Source of the DNA: a virus
Taxonomy: Duplodnaviria; Caudoviricetes
Strand: one strand, 5' to 3'
Virus record (IMG/VR): IMGVR_UViG_3300005521_000007
Location: 1-30,584 of that record
DNA: 30,584 nt
Shown: positions 21,501 through 27,977 of the stretch, piece after piece
Layout: each line of letters starts with the position of its first letter
Numbering within the stretch: position 1 is the stretch's first letter
The notes under the pieces: generated by a model
The model's database searches: none
What the model was told of the DNA's origin: nothing
Seen by the model: only the letters and a program-made list of their open reading frames with translations
Made by a program: the position numbers and the translations under genes

Positions 21501-21948
21501 TGAATCAACAGAAGATTATGCAGAATACAAATATGGATTACCTAGTAAAGGTTCTAACGCAGCAGGCTTAAATGGCTCTGGCATATTTGAATATGATGTA
21601 AAATCAGTAGCTAGTGCTTCAGTTACAGCAGCAGGTTCGGGATATACAAGTGTTCCAACTGTGGCAATAACTGGAGGTGGAGGTTATGGCGCAGCAGCTA
21701 TAGCCAGCATAAACGGAAGCAATCAAGTTTCCGGAATAACAATAACAAATCCTGGTAGGGAATATACATCAACGCCAACGATTACCATAACTGGAGGCAG
21801 TGGCTCAGGAGCTACAGCAACAGCAACTGTAGGTACAGTAACCCATACAGGTTACAAAACATTTGCAGTTAAGGTTGTGCCTTTAAGTACAACAACTTCT
21901 AAAGTTCCTTTCTTTAAGGACTTAAGAGCGATGGCATTACAGGTTTAA
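15547..21948 (+). CDS. Large virion structural protein, VrlC/DUF4815-like
   Basis: LN.SPYYDDF...F.RILFKPG.AVQARELTQLQ, APGADR, RTYDESGNY, RYTM..IG.LE.RI.NLEYY.SL..LE, DRFKNG.LVD.F, DPLAQTF and C-terminal P..KDLRA.AL. Confidence 0.85.
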   Translation: MALNLNTSPYYDDFSDDKRFHRILFKPGVAVQARELTQLQTLLQDQLDKGFGFVIQEGAVITGCAESTNSIDWIKVNDTDAAAVTIVNSTLVNYVGLEIIGSTTGLTAKIISTETGTQAGNPDMKTLYVKYLNTVSGHTHFSSGETLSVYTPNAGDGTAVTDLNGYSFVVNNVNGNSFAGKYHGKTNEVTLQPGIVFARGSFIKTDKISTKVDKYNPMATKHVGFVVEEEVSQSAVDSSLLDPAQGSFNYNAPGADRLKFSVTLKTYKPTDTKPENFYTYCHFQDGAIQRITLKDNPLSGVGEILAGRTYDESGNYLVRGNTVSLREHLNENNNGGVFLSSNGGSRDALMVQVDPGISYVGGHKRELLSSKRIPLMKPTMDITKESQPISTSYGNYVNINYVEGIFDVDGGGVCDLYDTVQNGAASAAGSKVGEAKVRQLVYSSGTPGATAAVYRLYIYDLQMLSGDFTAVKGIRFENTEADGVANTVLVSSKAVLNESKVNKTIYRLPFKNIKTLKAEAGNTYDYTFQYQKEFNVTLDGTDGDATLTVTGNETFPYSGTLTDTQKRDFIIVAKAGFTQNSATIAAGEYIDLTSNNSNASVTVNSSTSITIDTGGAVTGTGTVRVYVPVQVADGTPISKALQTSQYVKIDTGTHPAGTTGEYNLGLSDVYKIESITAGTNANYTTGQTNYTSDFRINNGQQDSFYGQARIFKKGTSSLNLSTNRYIVVKLSAFVATTSGPSFACIDSYPVDDSSSPAANTIRTEDIPLYISQKYGEFSLRDSIDFRPYVTNTATLTGTLGSASVNPANDKVINRPGTGLTSPVPTKTFSTDLKYYQGKKLRIVLDNDGQYRIVEGAYSDDPKMPAEPGKSMTMALVDLPPYPCLSPEAGKIAARPGYTSSVKNVSQKRYTMKEIGGLEQRIKNLEYYASLNLLETFAKDQTIVSSTGVDRFKNGILVDPFTGHNVGSVLDPNYKISIDPDKKLARPFFVLENIRTQMFSGISADAAVTGTDLRLTGSTITLPYNRKVIASQLMASQTENLTKELTFHYSGDIILTPDIDNFVDTAVQPAVNVNYDGNYDAWENMSNAWGTQWGSWEDSGVANVTTNSSTLSTFNTGGGDGSAASFTTTTTEQTQVRQGIGIDVTASTDNLDLGEKVVDMAFAPFMRSKLVIAEATRMKPQTRVYPFFDGEDVSANCTDINGNSTLTTDVNGNIVVQFTLPAGRFKSGQRYFKLTDSSNNQDKMAKTSANALYESSGFVQQKQGTVIAMKSASLSSTSYSDNRVLTDRSIEYSIGSGTPLPPPPAPVVISNPPVEIITITPVPVPAPTIVVQPTASPTTIATSQVITTTVTTTATTAAPTTAAPVSTPAVTTTQPPVTPVPTTPAPNPTPDVPSPAWNPGFPLRGRGAGGWPSFVVDIGIAVQAAITPAPPTPAPVVVDVFDDFEPSENMWDDWETPQLNFGRGWNMFARDPLAQTFMINGMPGGVFITDIELFFKNKPTTGSNAVTLEIREVINGIPGPKIVPNGSKRVLLADINTSSESGGTTSFASTEFRFDNPVYLQNETEYCFVPKPENDEEGYDLWISELGENQVGTTERITKQPAAGMMFSSANDRSWNPHQSKDIMFNIHRCNFKVSTVSGKLTHENLDWVNFSSTSTGEKIDWAVGTRLVGHQPTITNAGTGYTGLSPTVTVTNTGTGGTGLTMTATVTGDVISALTVTNPGSGYVSAPTIAISAGTGTQATGTLQLQNCLVENWNTLDEQITLQRGNDGIPLKAGQLIGSTQGYGTIGSFTNKVVNELALNSGLMLPNDATIASAKVAINETGTANAVSKTGVSEVYTDIDFNITNNLLKEHTIYSRSNELETTGNGGYEDDKTSLLDISFTTSQENVSPAMDFAQIDYLCIANSVNNDSTNEDTRFQGNASSRYITRRVILEDGQDAEDIVVYLDAAIPTEGSLKVYGKMMNSVDEADFQDDLSWVELSSVTSPFESTEDYAEYKYGLPSKGSNAAGLNGSGIFEYDVKSVASASVTAAGSGYTSVPTVAITGGGGYGAAAIASINGSNQVSGITITNPGREYTSTPTITITGGSGSGATATATVGTVTHTGYKTFAVKVVPLSTTTSKVPFFKDLRAMALQV
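19435..19860 (+). repeat. Pro/Thr-rich low-complexity (mucin-like) segment inside the VrlC-like protein
   Basis: TPLPPPPAP...TTTVTTTATTAAPTTAAPVSTPAVTTTQPPVTPVPTTPAPNPTP...TPAPPTPAP, encoded by ACA/CCA/CCT-rich DNA. Confidence 0.85.
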
Positions 21949-21949
21949 G

Positions 21950-22180
21950 ATGAATAATATACCCACAGGCATTATAAATATTGAAGGAGAGAGAGATCTT
22001 GTAAGGGATCGTAACTCAAAAGCTTTACTTAATACCAACGACGAAGCCTTAAAAGCATATAAAATCAAAAGATCTGCAAATCTTAAGGTTGTAGAGTATG
22101 AAAATGATATAAATACTTTAAAGACTGAATTGGTGGAAATAAAGAAAACATTAGAAATTTTAGTCAACAAAATTAAATAG
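21950..22180 (+). CDS. Small coiled-coil protein following the VrlC-like gene
   Basis: IEG..DLVRD..SKALLN...YK..R followed by a heptad tail (INTLKTELVEIKKTLEILV). Confidence 0.8.
   Translation: MNNIPTGIINIEGERDLVRDRNSKALLNTNDEALKAYKIKRSANLKVVEYENDINTLKTELVEIKKTLEILVNKIK
21973..21980 (+). promoter_or_regulatory. Internal late promoter TATAAATA
   Basis: Perfect consensus inside the 76-aa ORF. Confidence 0.5.
22108..22115 (+). promoter_or_regulatory. Internal late promoter TATAAATA
   Basis: Perfect consensus about 73 nt before the 22189 ATG. Confidence 0.6.
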
Positions 22181-22188
22181 GAAGAAAA

Positions 22189-22719
22189 ATGGCAACTATT
22201 ACATTAAGATCAGCAAAAGGTAGTCCTCTTACTAATAATGAGGTTGACGCTAACTTTACCAATCTTAATACTGACAAATACGAATCAGGCAACAATGCTA
22301 CATTTGGCACTATTGCAGGAACGACTGTAAGTGTTACTAGCGTTGCTACAACAGGAGCATTAAGTATAGGTGGTTCTTCCACTTTAAGTACTTCTGCTAC
22401 AGTTTCAGCAGCAGGTTCAGATCTAGCAGGAGCTACAGCATTAACTAAATCATATAATATAGTTACAACGGCCACAGCCAACCAGGGAGTTTCACTTCCA
22501 GATTGTGCAGCTGGCTTAGAAGCATTTATATTAAATGATACCGCAGTCAATCTAAAAGTGTATCCTATATCAGGAGAAACAGTAGATTCAGGCGGTTCGG
22601 GCGTAGCAGTAGATTTGGCCCCTGGGCATTCATTAAAATTGATAGGAGTAAGCGCAACAAAATGGAACAGGTTAAGTCCTGTAATCATTTATAACTCATC
22701 TGGTACAAGAGTAAACTAA
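22189..22719 (+). CDS. Short fibre-like structural protein
   Basis: ITLRSAKGSPLTNNEVDANF..LN is a common phage fibre N-terminal anchor motif. C-terminus V.LP...G....I.N...L.VYP..GET....W resembles fibre knob domains. Confidence 0.65.
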   Translation: MATITLRSAKGSPLTNNEVDANFTNLNTDKYESGNNATFGTIAGTTVSVTSVATTGALSIGGSSTLSTSATVSAAGSDLAGATALTKSYNIVTTATANQGVSLPDCAAGLEAFILNDTAVNLKVYPISGETVDSGGSGVAVDLAPGHSLKLIGVSATKWNRLSPVIIYNSSGTRVN

Positions 22720-22734
22720 TAGGAAATAAAAGAA

Positions 22735-24024
22735 ATGAGACCTCTAAGAATTAAAGCATCAGCATATCCAGTTAGTTCTAGTAACCTTCAAGGGTTACAA
22801 GAAATGACTGATACAGAGATCGAACGGTATTACAGTGCAATTCTAACAAAAGATATTGCAGACAATACAGACGGAACAGGTACTGTAGAATTAAATGTTA
22901 CAACAGATGCTTCAGGGGCAGGTACTTCTATAGGTACAGCAACAGATACAGTAAGAGACGACGCAGTAGGAACGCACCCAACAGATGGTGCGAGTTCTAC
23001 AGTTACTACTTACACAGCGAAACAAGTAGAAACGGTGGTATCAGAAAGCGTAACTAACAGACCTTTAGGATATGAAACAAGTGGCACAGTCGGTATAAAT
23101 GAGTTTACAGACGGCGAACTTGATTCAGATATTTTAGATAAAGTAATAGATGATTTGTGTGCCCAAGGCGATTACACTATTGGCCAATACAAACTAGCAA
23201 CAGGTTCTCCTTCAGGCGGAACATGGACTGCTAGATATACTTTAAACAACACAGAAGTAGATGGCACTACAACAGCATATAAGATTTGGCAAAAAACAGC
23301 AGCAACAACTGCAGCAGTTACAGATTACAAACCACTTAAAGTAACAGGTGGTGGCGCTGGCGTACAAGAAATGACAGTAGCAGAAATGGAACAGACGGTT
23401 CCTAACTTAAGAAATTACATGATTTCTAGTGGTAAAGGGAAATATGTATTACAAGCAAGTGCTCCTGGTTCAGGTACATGGGTTGATCAAGGCTCATTCA
23501 TAGACACAAAGAAAGAAGTAGCAGCAGCAAACTATACTGGAGCTTACACAGGTAACTATACAGGAGGTTACACAGGCAACTACACAGGCGCTAAGAACTA
23601 TTCTGGGACTTACACAGGAACATCAGCGTACGCAGGCTCATACACAGGAGCTAAAAACTATACTGGAGCTTACACAGGAACATCAGGTTATTCAGGAGCT
23701 TATTCAGGCAACTACTCCGGAACATACGCAGCATCTTATGATGGCTATGCCGGAACATCATACACAGGATCTTATACAGGTACTTACACAGGATATTATA
23801 CAGGCGCTAAAAACTATTCAGGAACATATACTGGAACCTCAGCATACGCAGGTTCATATACAGGCGCTAAAGATTACACAGGTACTTACACAGGAACCTC
23901 AGCATACGCAGGCACATACTCTGGAACATATACAGGCTATTATTCCGGAACATACTCAGGCGACACAATTCAAGCTTCAAACGAAACAGTCAGTACGGTA
24001 AAATTGTGGCTTAGAACTGCTTAA
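22735..24024 (+). CDS. Structural protein with YTG repeat region (putative fibre/needle)
   Basis: 429 aa, T/G/S/A/Y-rich, in the late operon. Three (R/K)PL...E(M/F)T..E repeats followed by about 32 Yx(G) units. Confidence 0.7.
   Translation: MRPLRIKASAYPVSSSNLQGLQEMTDTEIERYYSAILTKDIADNTDGTGTVELNVTTDASGAGTSIGTATDTVRDDAVGTHPTDGASSTVTTYTAKQVETVVSESVTNRPLGYETSGTVGINEFTDGELDSDILDKVIDDLCAQGDYTIGQYKLATGSPSGGTWTARYTLNNTEVDGTTTAYKIWQKTAATTAAVTDYKPLKVTGGGAGVQEMTVAEMEQTVPNLRNYMISSGKGKYVLQASAPGSGTWVDQGSFIDTKKEVAAANYTGAYTGNYTGGYTGNYTGAKNYSGTYTGTSAYAGSYTGAKNYTGAYTGTSGYSGAYSGNYSGTYAASYDGYAGTSYTGSYTGTYTGYYTGAKNYSGTYTGTSAYAGSYTGAKDYTGTYTGTSAYAGTYSGTYTGYYSGTYSGDTIQASNETVSTVKLWLRTA
23533..23961 (+). repeat. 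Tandem Y-[T/S/A]-G-x repeats (12/18-nt units) with an internal duplication
   Basis: About 32 units. The block YTGAKNYSGTYTGTSAYAGSYTGAK occurs twice, with synonymous DNA differences. Confidence 0.92.
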
Positions 24025-24031
24025 CTAGCAG

Positions 24032-24039
24032 TATAAATA
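24032..24039 (+). promoter_or_regulatory. T4-type late promoter TATAAATA
   Basis: Perfect intergenic consensus followed by GGAG RBS and ATG at 24061. Confidence 0.82.
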
Positions 24040-24060
24040 AGTTTACATTATGGAGATAGT

Positions 24061-24561
24061 ATGGCAAACGATAAAGTCGTCCTAGAGATTGACCCAAGTA
24101 ATATAACAACAGTCCCAGACGAACCCAAAAAGAAAAACTTCGTATATAAAGATCCTTATTGGTCTAATAAGGAGGCCAAACATATGATCGTTACTCTTGA
24201 ATATCCAGATGGTAGAAAATCTACTGCATCTATTCAAGACAAAGACGGAACCAATCCAGATTACAAAGCAGTATTAGAAGAGTTTGGTGAAGAAGTATTA
24301 GACGAAAATACCGCTGAAGGTGTTAAGCGTAGAGACGAACAAATAAAGAAAAGACTTGAAAGAAAAGAAACAGAAGTAGTAAGAGCTAAACAGGAACAAT
24401 TATTTGGCGCTAAGTTACAATCATTTGAAATAGATGCAGTTAAAGATTCAGACAACATAAAATTAAAAAGATTAATTCGTAAAGCCAAATCTCCTATGGA
24501 AGTACAAGCATATACAACTATATTATTAATGGAGACAATGGATGAACAAAAGGAATCCTGA
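24061..24561 (+). CDS. Hypothetical late protein (possible fibre assembly chaperone)
   Basis: 166 aa with GGAG RBS and a helical charged C-terminus. Follows fibre-like genes. Function is inferred from position only. Confidence 0.65.
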   Translation: MANDKVVLEIDPSNITTVPDEPKKKNFVYKDPYWSNKEAKHMIVTLEYPDGRKSTASIQDKDGTNPDYKAVLEEFGEEVLDENTAEGVKRRDEQIKKRLERKETEVVRAKQEQLFGAKLQSFEIDAVKDSDNIKLKRLIRKAKSPMEVQAYTTILLMETMDEQKES

Positions 24562-25288
24562 AGAGTTTCCTGAGAACGGATTCATAATAGTAGCATCTTT
24601 AAAAGAGAGGTTCTACAAAGCAGCAATAGAGTGTGCAGAGTCTGTAAAACTCTTTTGGCCTGAAGCACACATAACAGTATTCGTAGATCATGAAGAATGG
24701 ATTAAACCTAGTGATTGGAATCACGCAGATTATATAGTACATTGGGAAGTGCCTAAACATATTAGAGCTAAACTTTGGGCTTTAGGTAACACACCATACA
24801 AAGGAATAACATGTTATTTAGATGCTGATATGGTATGCCAACATGAAGATGTAGAAAATGTATTTGAACAACTACCAGATGATTTAGATTTATTGTTTAC
24901 AAAGATCAGGCCATATAATGCTAAAGTAACAAAGTTATCTAACACAGAAGAAATGACAGCACATTGTGGTTGGTTTTTATATAGGAATAATCCTCATACA
25001 ATTAAGTTAATGGAAGATTGGTATGGAGAATATATTGCACAAAATCTTCATAACGACCATGGGTATGTAAATGACATAGGTGATTATCCTGATGATGTAA
25101 GAAAATGGGATACCTTTACTATGTGGAAGTTATTAGAGTATGGCGATACAAAAGTAAAATGGAAAGATGATTTACATGTAAGATGGAATTTTGTTAATGG
25201 TTATAAAGATAGTGAATTGGAAGATGAGGAGATTGTTTTTTGGCATTACACTATACCCGAACATGAAATACATTTAAAGAGAAAATAA
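24542..25288 (+). CDS. Glycosyltransferase, GT-A fold (GT8 / nucleotide-diphospho-sugar transferase-like)
   Basis: GFIIVAS beta strand, A..SVK, RAKLWAL..TPY...CYLDAD (DxD), later RWNF and FWHYT motifs. Confidence 0.8.
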   Translation: MNKRNPEEFPENGFIIVASLKERFYKAAIECAESVKLFWPEAHITVFVDHEEWIKPSDWNHADYIVHWEVPKHIRAKLWALGNTPYKGITCYLDADMVCQHEDVENVFEQLPDDLDLLFTKIRPYNAKVTKLSNTEEMTAHCGWFLYRNNPHTIKLMEDWYGEYIAQNLHNDHGYVNDIGDYPDDVRKWDTFTMWKLLEYGDTKVKWKDDLHVRWNFVNGYKDSELEDEEIVFWHYTIPEHEIHLKRK

Positions 25289-25935
25289 TGCGATGGATTA
25301 GTATATCAGACGAAGTTTTAGAAATATTAACGCCTTATACTGAATGGTTCTTCAGGCAAGAACTTAATTGGCTGAATCAAAAAGCCAAAGAAAATGAAAA
25401 GAATACAAATACAATTGAACATGCCTGTTCAGATGAATATCTAGAAGAGATAGTAAAAAAAGATGGACAGCATATAGGCTATCCGGAAATATCATACAGT
25501 TATGATTTAAAGGGTGGTAATTTACCAGGCGAATTTCAAGAGAAATATTTAGAAATGTCTACAGAATTGTGTTCATGGTTAGGCGCTCGCAACGAGGCCG
25601 TCCATGTGTATTATCCTAAAAACGGATTCATGGGTTGGCACAATAACTGGAACGCACATGGATATAATATATTATTATCATACACAAAAAATGGTGGTGG
25701 GTTCTTTAATTATAGAGATCCTGCCACGCATGAAGTCGTTAAAATGTTAGATCCAGGAGGCTGGTGTGGCAAAGTAGGATACTTTGGAAGGGGCAGAGAA
25801 CCTGATAAAGTTTACTATCATTGTGCTGGAACATACGAACCTAGGCTTACATTAGGGTTCGTAATCCCTAATATCGACATGTGGAGGGACATGATTAGTG
25901 ATATTTCAGGAGAAGATCCATTAGATTTCTCCTAA
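25288..25935 (+). CDS. Cupin / 2OG-Fe(II) oxygenase-like protein
   Basis: YYPKNGFMGWHNN...YYHCAGT..PRLTLGF matches the double-stranded beta-helix HxD...H...R pattern, with Asn in place of Asp. Confidence 0.6.
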   Translation: MRWISISDEVLEILTPYTEWFFRQELNWLNQKAKENEKNTNTIEHACSDEYLEEIVKKDGQHIGYPEISYSYDLKGGNLPGEFQEKYLEMSTELCSWLGARNEAVHVYYPKNGFMGWHNNWNAHGYNILLSYTKNGGGFFNYRDPATHEVVKMLDPGGWCGKVGYFGRGREPDKVYYHCAGTYEPRLTLGFVIPNIDMWRDMISDISGEDPLDFS

Positions 25936-25980
25936 GTCCTTGATCTTAGAAAAAAGATTTCAAAAAACCCTAAAAAATGC

Positions 25981-26009
25981 TTGATTTATGGTTCGTAAGA
26001 GTGCATAAT
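25981..26009 (+). promoter_or_regulatory. Sigma70-type early promoter (TTGATT-17-CATAAT) with upstream A-tracts
   Basis: -35 at 25981-25986, 17-nt spacer, -10 at 26004-26009. Three A-tracts about 10 nt apart upstream. GAGG RBS before 26041. Confidence 0.75.
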
Positions 26010-26040
26010 GTAAGCATAAACAATAAAAAGTGAGGACTTT

Positions 26041-26472
26041 ATGATACTAGATGACACAGTAAAAATAGCAGGCGAGACTGTTAACAAAGAAAGATGGGGT
26101 ATGGCCAGCATCCATGATGAGAACAAAACTTTTACAGGCAATGTTCTTTACAAAAACCAAATAAGAACATCACCAAGTGGTTATTCTTATGATAATTCTA
26201 TTGAAACAAAATTCCAAGACACAGCTCAAGTAGATGGGCTTACAGTATGGAAATCAAATGGTGAAGTTCCATTTCAAGACATGCTTTTAGACTTTGTTCA
26301 AATTGGTGCTATAACTTTAGAACAAGCAGAGTTTTCACTCTTACAAAAACAAAAGGACCAGAGTGCAAATCTTGAAACTCTTTACAGAGCAGACGACGGT
26401 AACATTTACTTAGGTGATGACGCCCTGGCTTACAGAGACGAAAGACTAGCAAAAATAGCGGAGGCAGCGTAA
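26041..26472 (+). CDS. Hypothetical early protein
   Basis: 143 aa with GTGAGGA RBS, first gene after the sigma70-type promoter, TAATG-coupled to the ligase. Confidence 0.8.
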   Translation: MILDDTVKIAGETVNKERWGMASIHDENKTFTGNVLYKNQIRTSPSGYSYDNSIETKFQDTAQVDGLTVWKSNGEVPFQDMLLDFVQIGAITLEQAEFSLLQKQKDQSANLETLYRADDGNIYLGDDALAYRDERLAKIAEAA

Positions 26473-27581
26473 TGATATTTCCTTTACCAACACTCTACAA
26501 AAGAGACACGAACGGAAACATTCGTGAACTGACAGTTGAATATTCTAATGGCGTAATGAATGCTACTAGAACTATTGCTGGTATAAAAGACGGCAACCTA
26601 GTTACAAGTGGTTGGAAAGATGCTACAGGCAAGAACACAGGCAAAGCAAATGCTACTACAGATGCTGAACAAGCACAAAAAGAAGCACAGGCAATGTGGG
26701 ATAAGAAAGTAGAAAAAGAATACTTTGAAGACATTTCAAAGGTTGATACTTACGATAAGTTCAAACCAATGTTAGCTCATGACTATACAAAAAGGCCACA
26801 GTCAAGTGGTATTAGTCAACCTAAGTTAGATGGTATTAGATGTATTGCAAGAAAAGATGGACTTTACACAAGAGCAGGTAAAGCAATTACAACTTGTGAT
26901 CATATACATTTTGAACTACAAGCGTTCTTTGTAGAATATCCTGATGCTATTTTAGATGGTGAACTTTACAATCACAAATTAAAAGAAGACTTTAACAAGA
27001 TTACAAGTCTTGTTAGGAAAGTAAAACCTACTCCAGAAGAAGCAACAGAATGTCAAAAACTTGTTGAGTATCATGTTTATGATTGTCCTTACTGGGGCAG
27101 AGGTTTAGCAGAAGATACATTAGCTAGAATTAAGTTTATAGAAGATCAAGAGTTTGAACTTCCAATAGTTACTGTTGTTACTTCTATAGCTGAAAATCAA
27201 GAAGAACTAGATTTTTTATATTCATGTTATCACGAAGATGGTTATGAAGGCCAAATGGTTCGTAACAATGCTCCTTACGACAACAAAAGAAGTAAGAACT
27301 TACTTAAAAGAAAAGAGTTCATTACAGAAGAGTTTGATGTTGTAGAAGTATTAGAAGGCTCAGGTAATTGGGCGGGATATGCTAAACACTTTAAACTAGA
27401 ATTAGGTGATGGCAGACAATTTCAAAGTGGTGTTAGAGGCAATCAAGCAACACTTAAAACTTTATTGGAACAGGAAGTTAAACCTACTTGGGTTACATGT
27501 AGATACTTTGAATTATCCCCTGACGGAGTACCTAGATTTCCTGTTGTAATTGACTGGGGTGTAGGAGCAAGGAACGACTAA
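26472..27581 (+). CDS. lig: ATP-dependent DNA ligase
   Basis: Motif I QPKLDGIR, III ILDGELY, IIIa YHVYD, IV YEGQMVR, V LLKRK, VI PRFP. Confidence 0.95.
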   Translation: MIFPLPTLYKRDTNGNIRELTVEYSNGVMNATRTIAGIKDGNLVTSGWKDATGKNTGKANATTDAEQAQKEAQAMWDKKVEKEYFEDISKVDTYDKFKPMLAHDYTKRPQSSGISQPKLDGIRCIARKDGLYTRAGKAITTCDHIHFELQAFFVEYPDAILDGELYNHKLKEDFNKITSLVRKVKPTPEEATECQKLVEYHVYDCPYWGRGLAEDTLARIKFIEDQEFELPIVTVVTSIAENQEELDFLYSCYHEDGYEGQMVRNNAPYDNKRSKNLLKRKEFITEEFDVVEVLEGSGNWAGYAKHFKLELGDGRQFQSGVRGNQATLKTLLEQEVKPTWVTCRYFELSPDGVPRFPVVIDWGVGARND

Positions 27582-27775
27582 TGATGGAAGGAACATTACA
27601 AGTAATAGGCTTTATAACATTATTATATTTTGTAATTAAATTTGCACCAGATATATTGATGTTTATGTTTAAAGCAGCTGTAGCTTTGACGCTAATAATA
27701 TTAGCTTTTATGGCCTTTGAATTTATATCCCATCTTTTTTGGAATCATGGGTTCTATATATTTTCTCAAACCTAA
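27581..27775 (+). CDS. Small membrane protein
   Basis: 64 aa with two hydrophobic segments. TAATG-coupled to the ligase, AAGG upstream. Confidence 0.6.
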   Translation: MMEGTLQVIGFITLLYFVIKFAPDILMFMFKAAVALTLIILAFMAFEFISHLFWNHGFYIFSQT

Positions 27776-27977
27776 GTCTTACAAGTGCTTTTCTTACAAT
27801 AGCAACACCAGTTAATCCTAAGAAATTTATAAACGCAGCCATCTCAGCTGAGGTGCCTGCGTAGTCAATGCAAGCCTTAATAATACCCACACTTAAAGGA
27901 AACATTATTATTGCTCCAATAGCGGTATCTACTGTTGCTTCGTGTAAAGCTTTCTGTAATCTTTTATTTCGTGCCAA
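27723..27977 (-). CDS. Small two-TM membrane protein (start uncertain: TTG 27977 or ATG 28019)
   Basis: ALHEATVDTAIGAII...S..R...VR..F pattern seen in small phage membrane proteins. Last gene of the leftward operon. Confidence 0.6.
   Translation of the reverse strand: MARNKRLQKALHEATVDTAIGAIIMFPLSVGIIKACIDYAGTSAEMAAFINFLGLTGVAIVRKALVRLRFEKIYRTHDSKKDGI

Noticed and set aside
8666-23101. Near-consensus late promoters (TATAAATT at 8666, GATAAATA at 10561, TATAAATG near 14317 and 23094)
   Set aside because: One-mismatch hits are expected by chance in AT-rich DNA. The first two are plausibly placed but cannot be supported.
23581-23915. Duplicated block as a DGR template/variable repeat pair or a CRISPR-like array
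   Set aside because: Both copies are in frame in one CDS, differences are synonymous and not adenine-specific, there are no unique spacers, and no reverse transcriptase or cas gene is in the window.
23738-24001. 87-aa alternative-frame ORF in the YTG repeat
   Set aside because: By-product of the repeat periodicity in another frame; no RBS or slippery site seen.
6166-24488. Numerous minus-strand ORFs (60-171 aa) opposite the structural genes
   Set aside because: Shadow frames produced by codon bias in T/A/G-rich genes; no RBS or promoter support.
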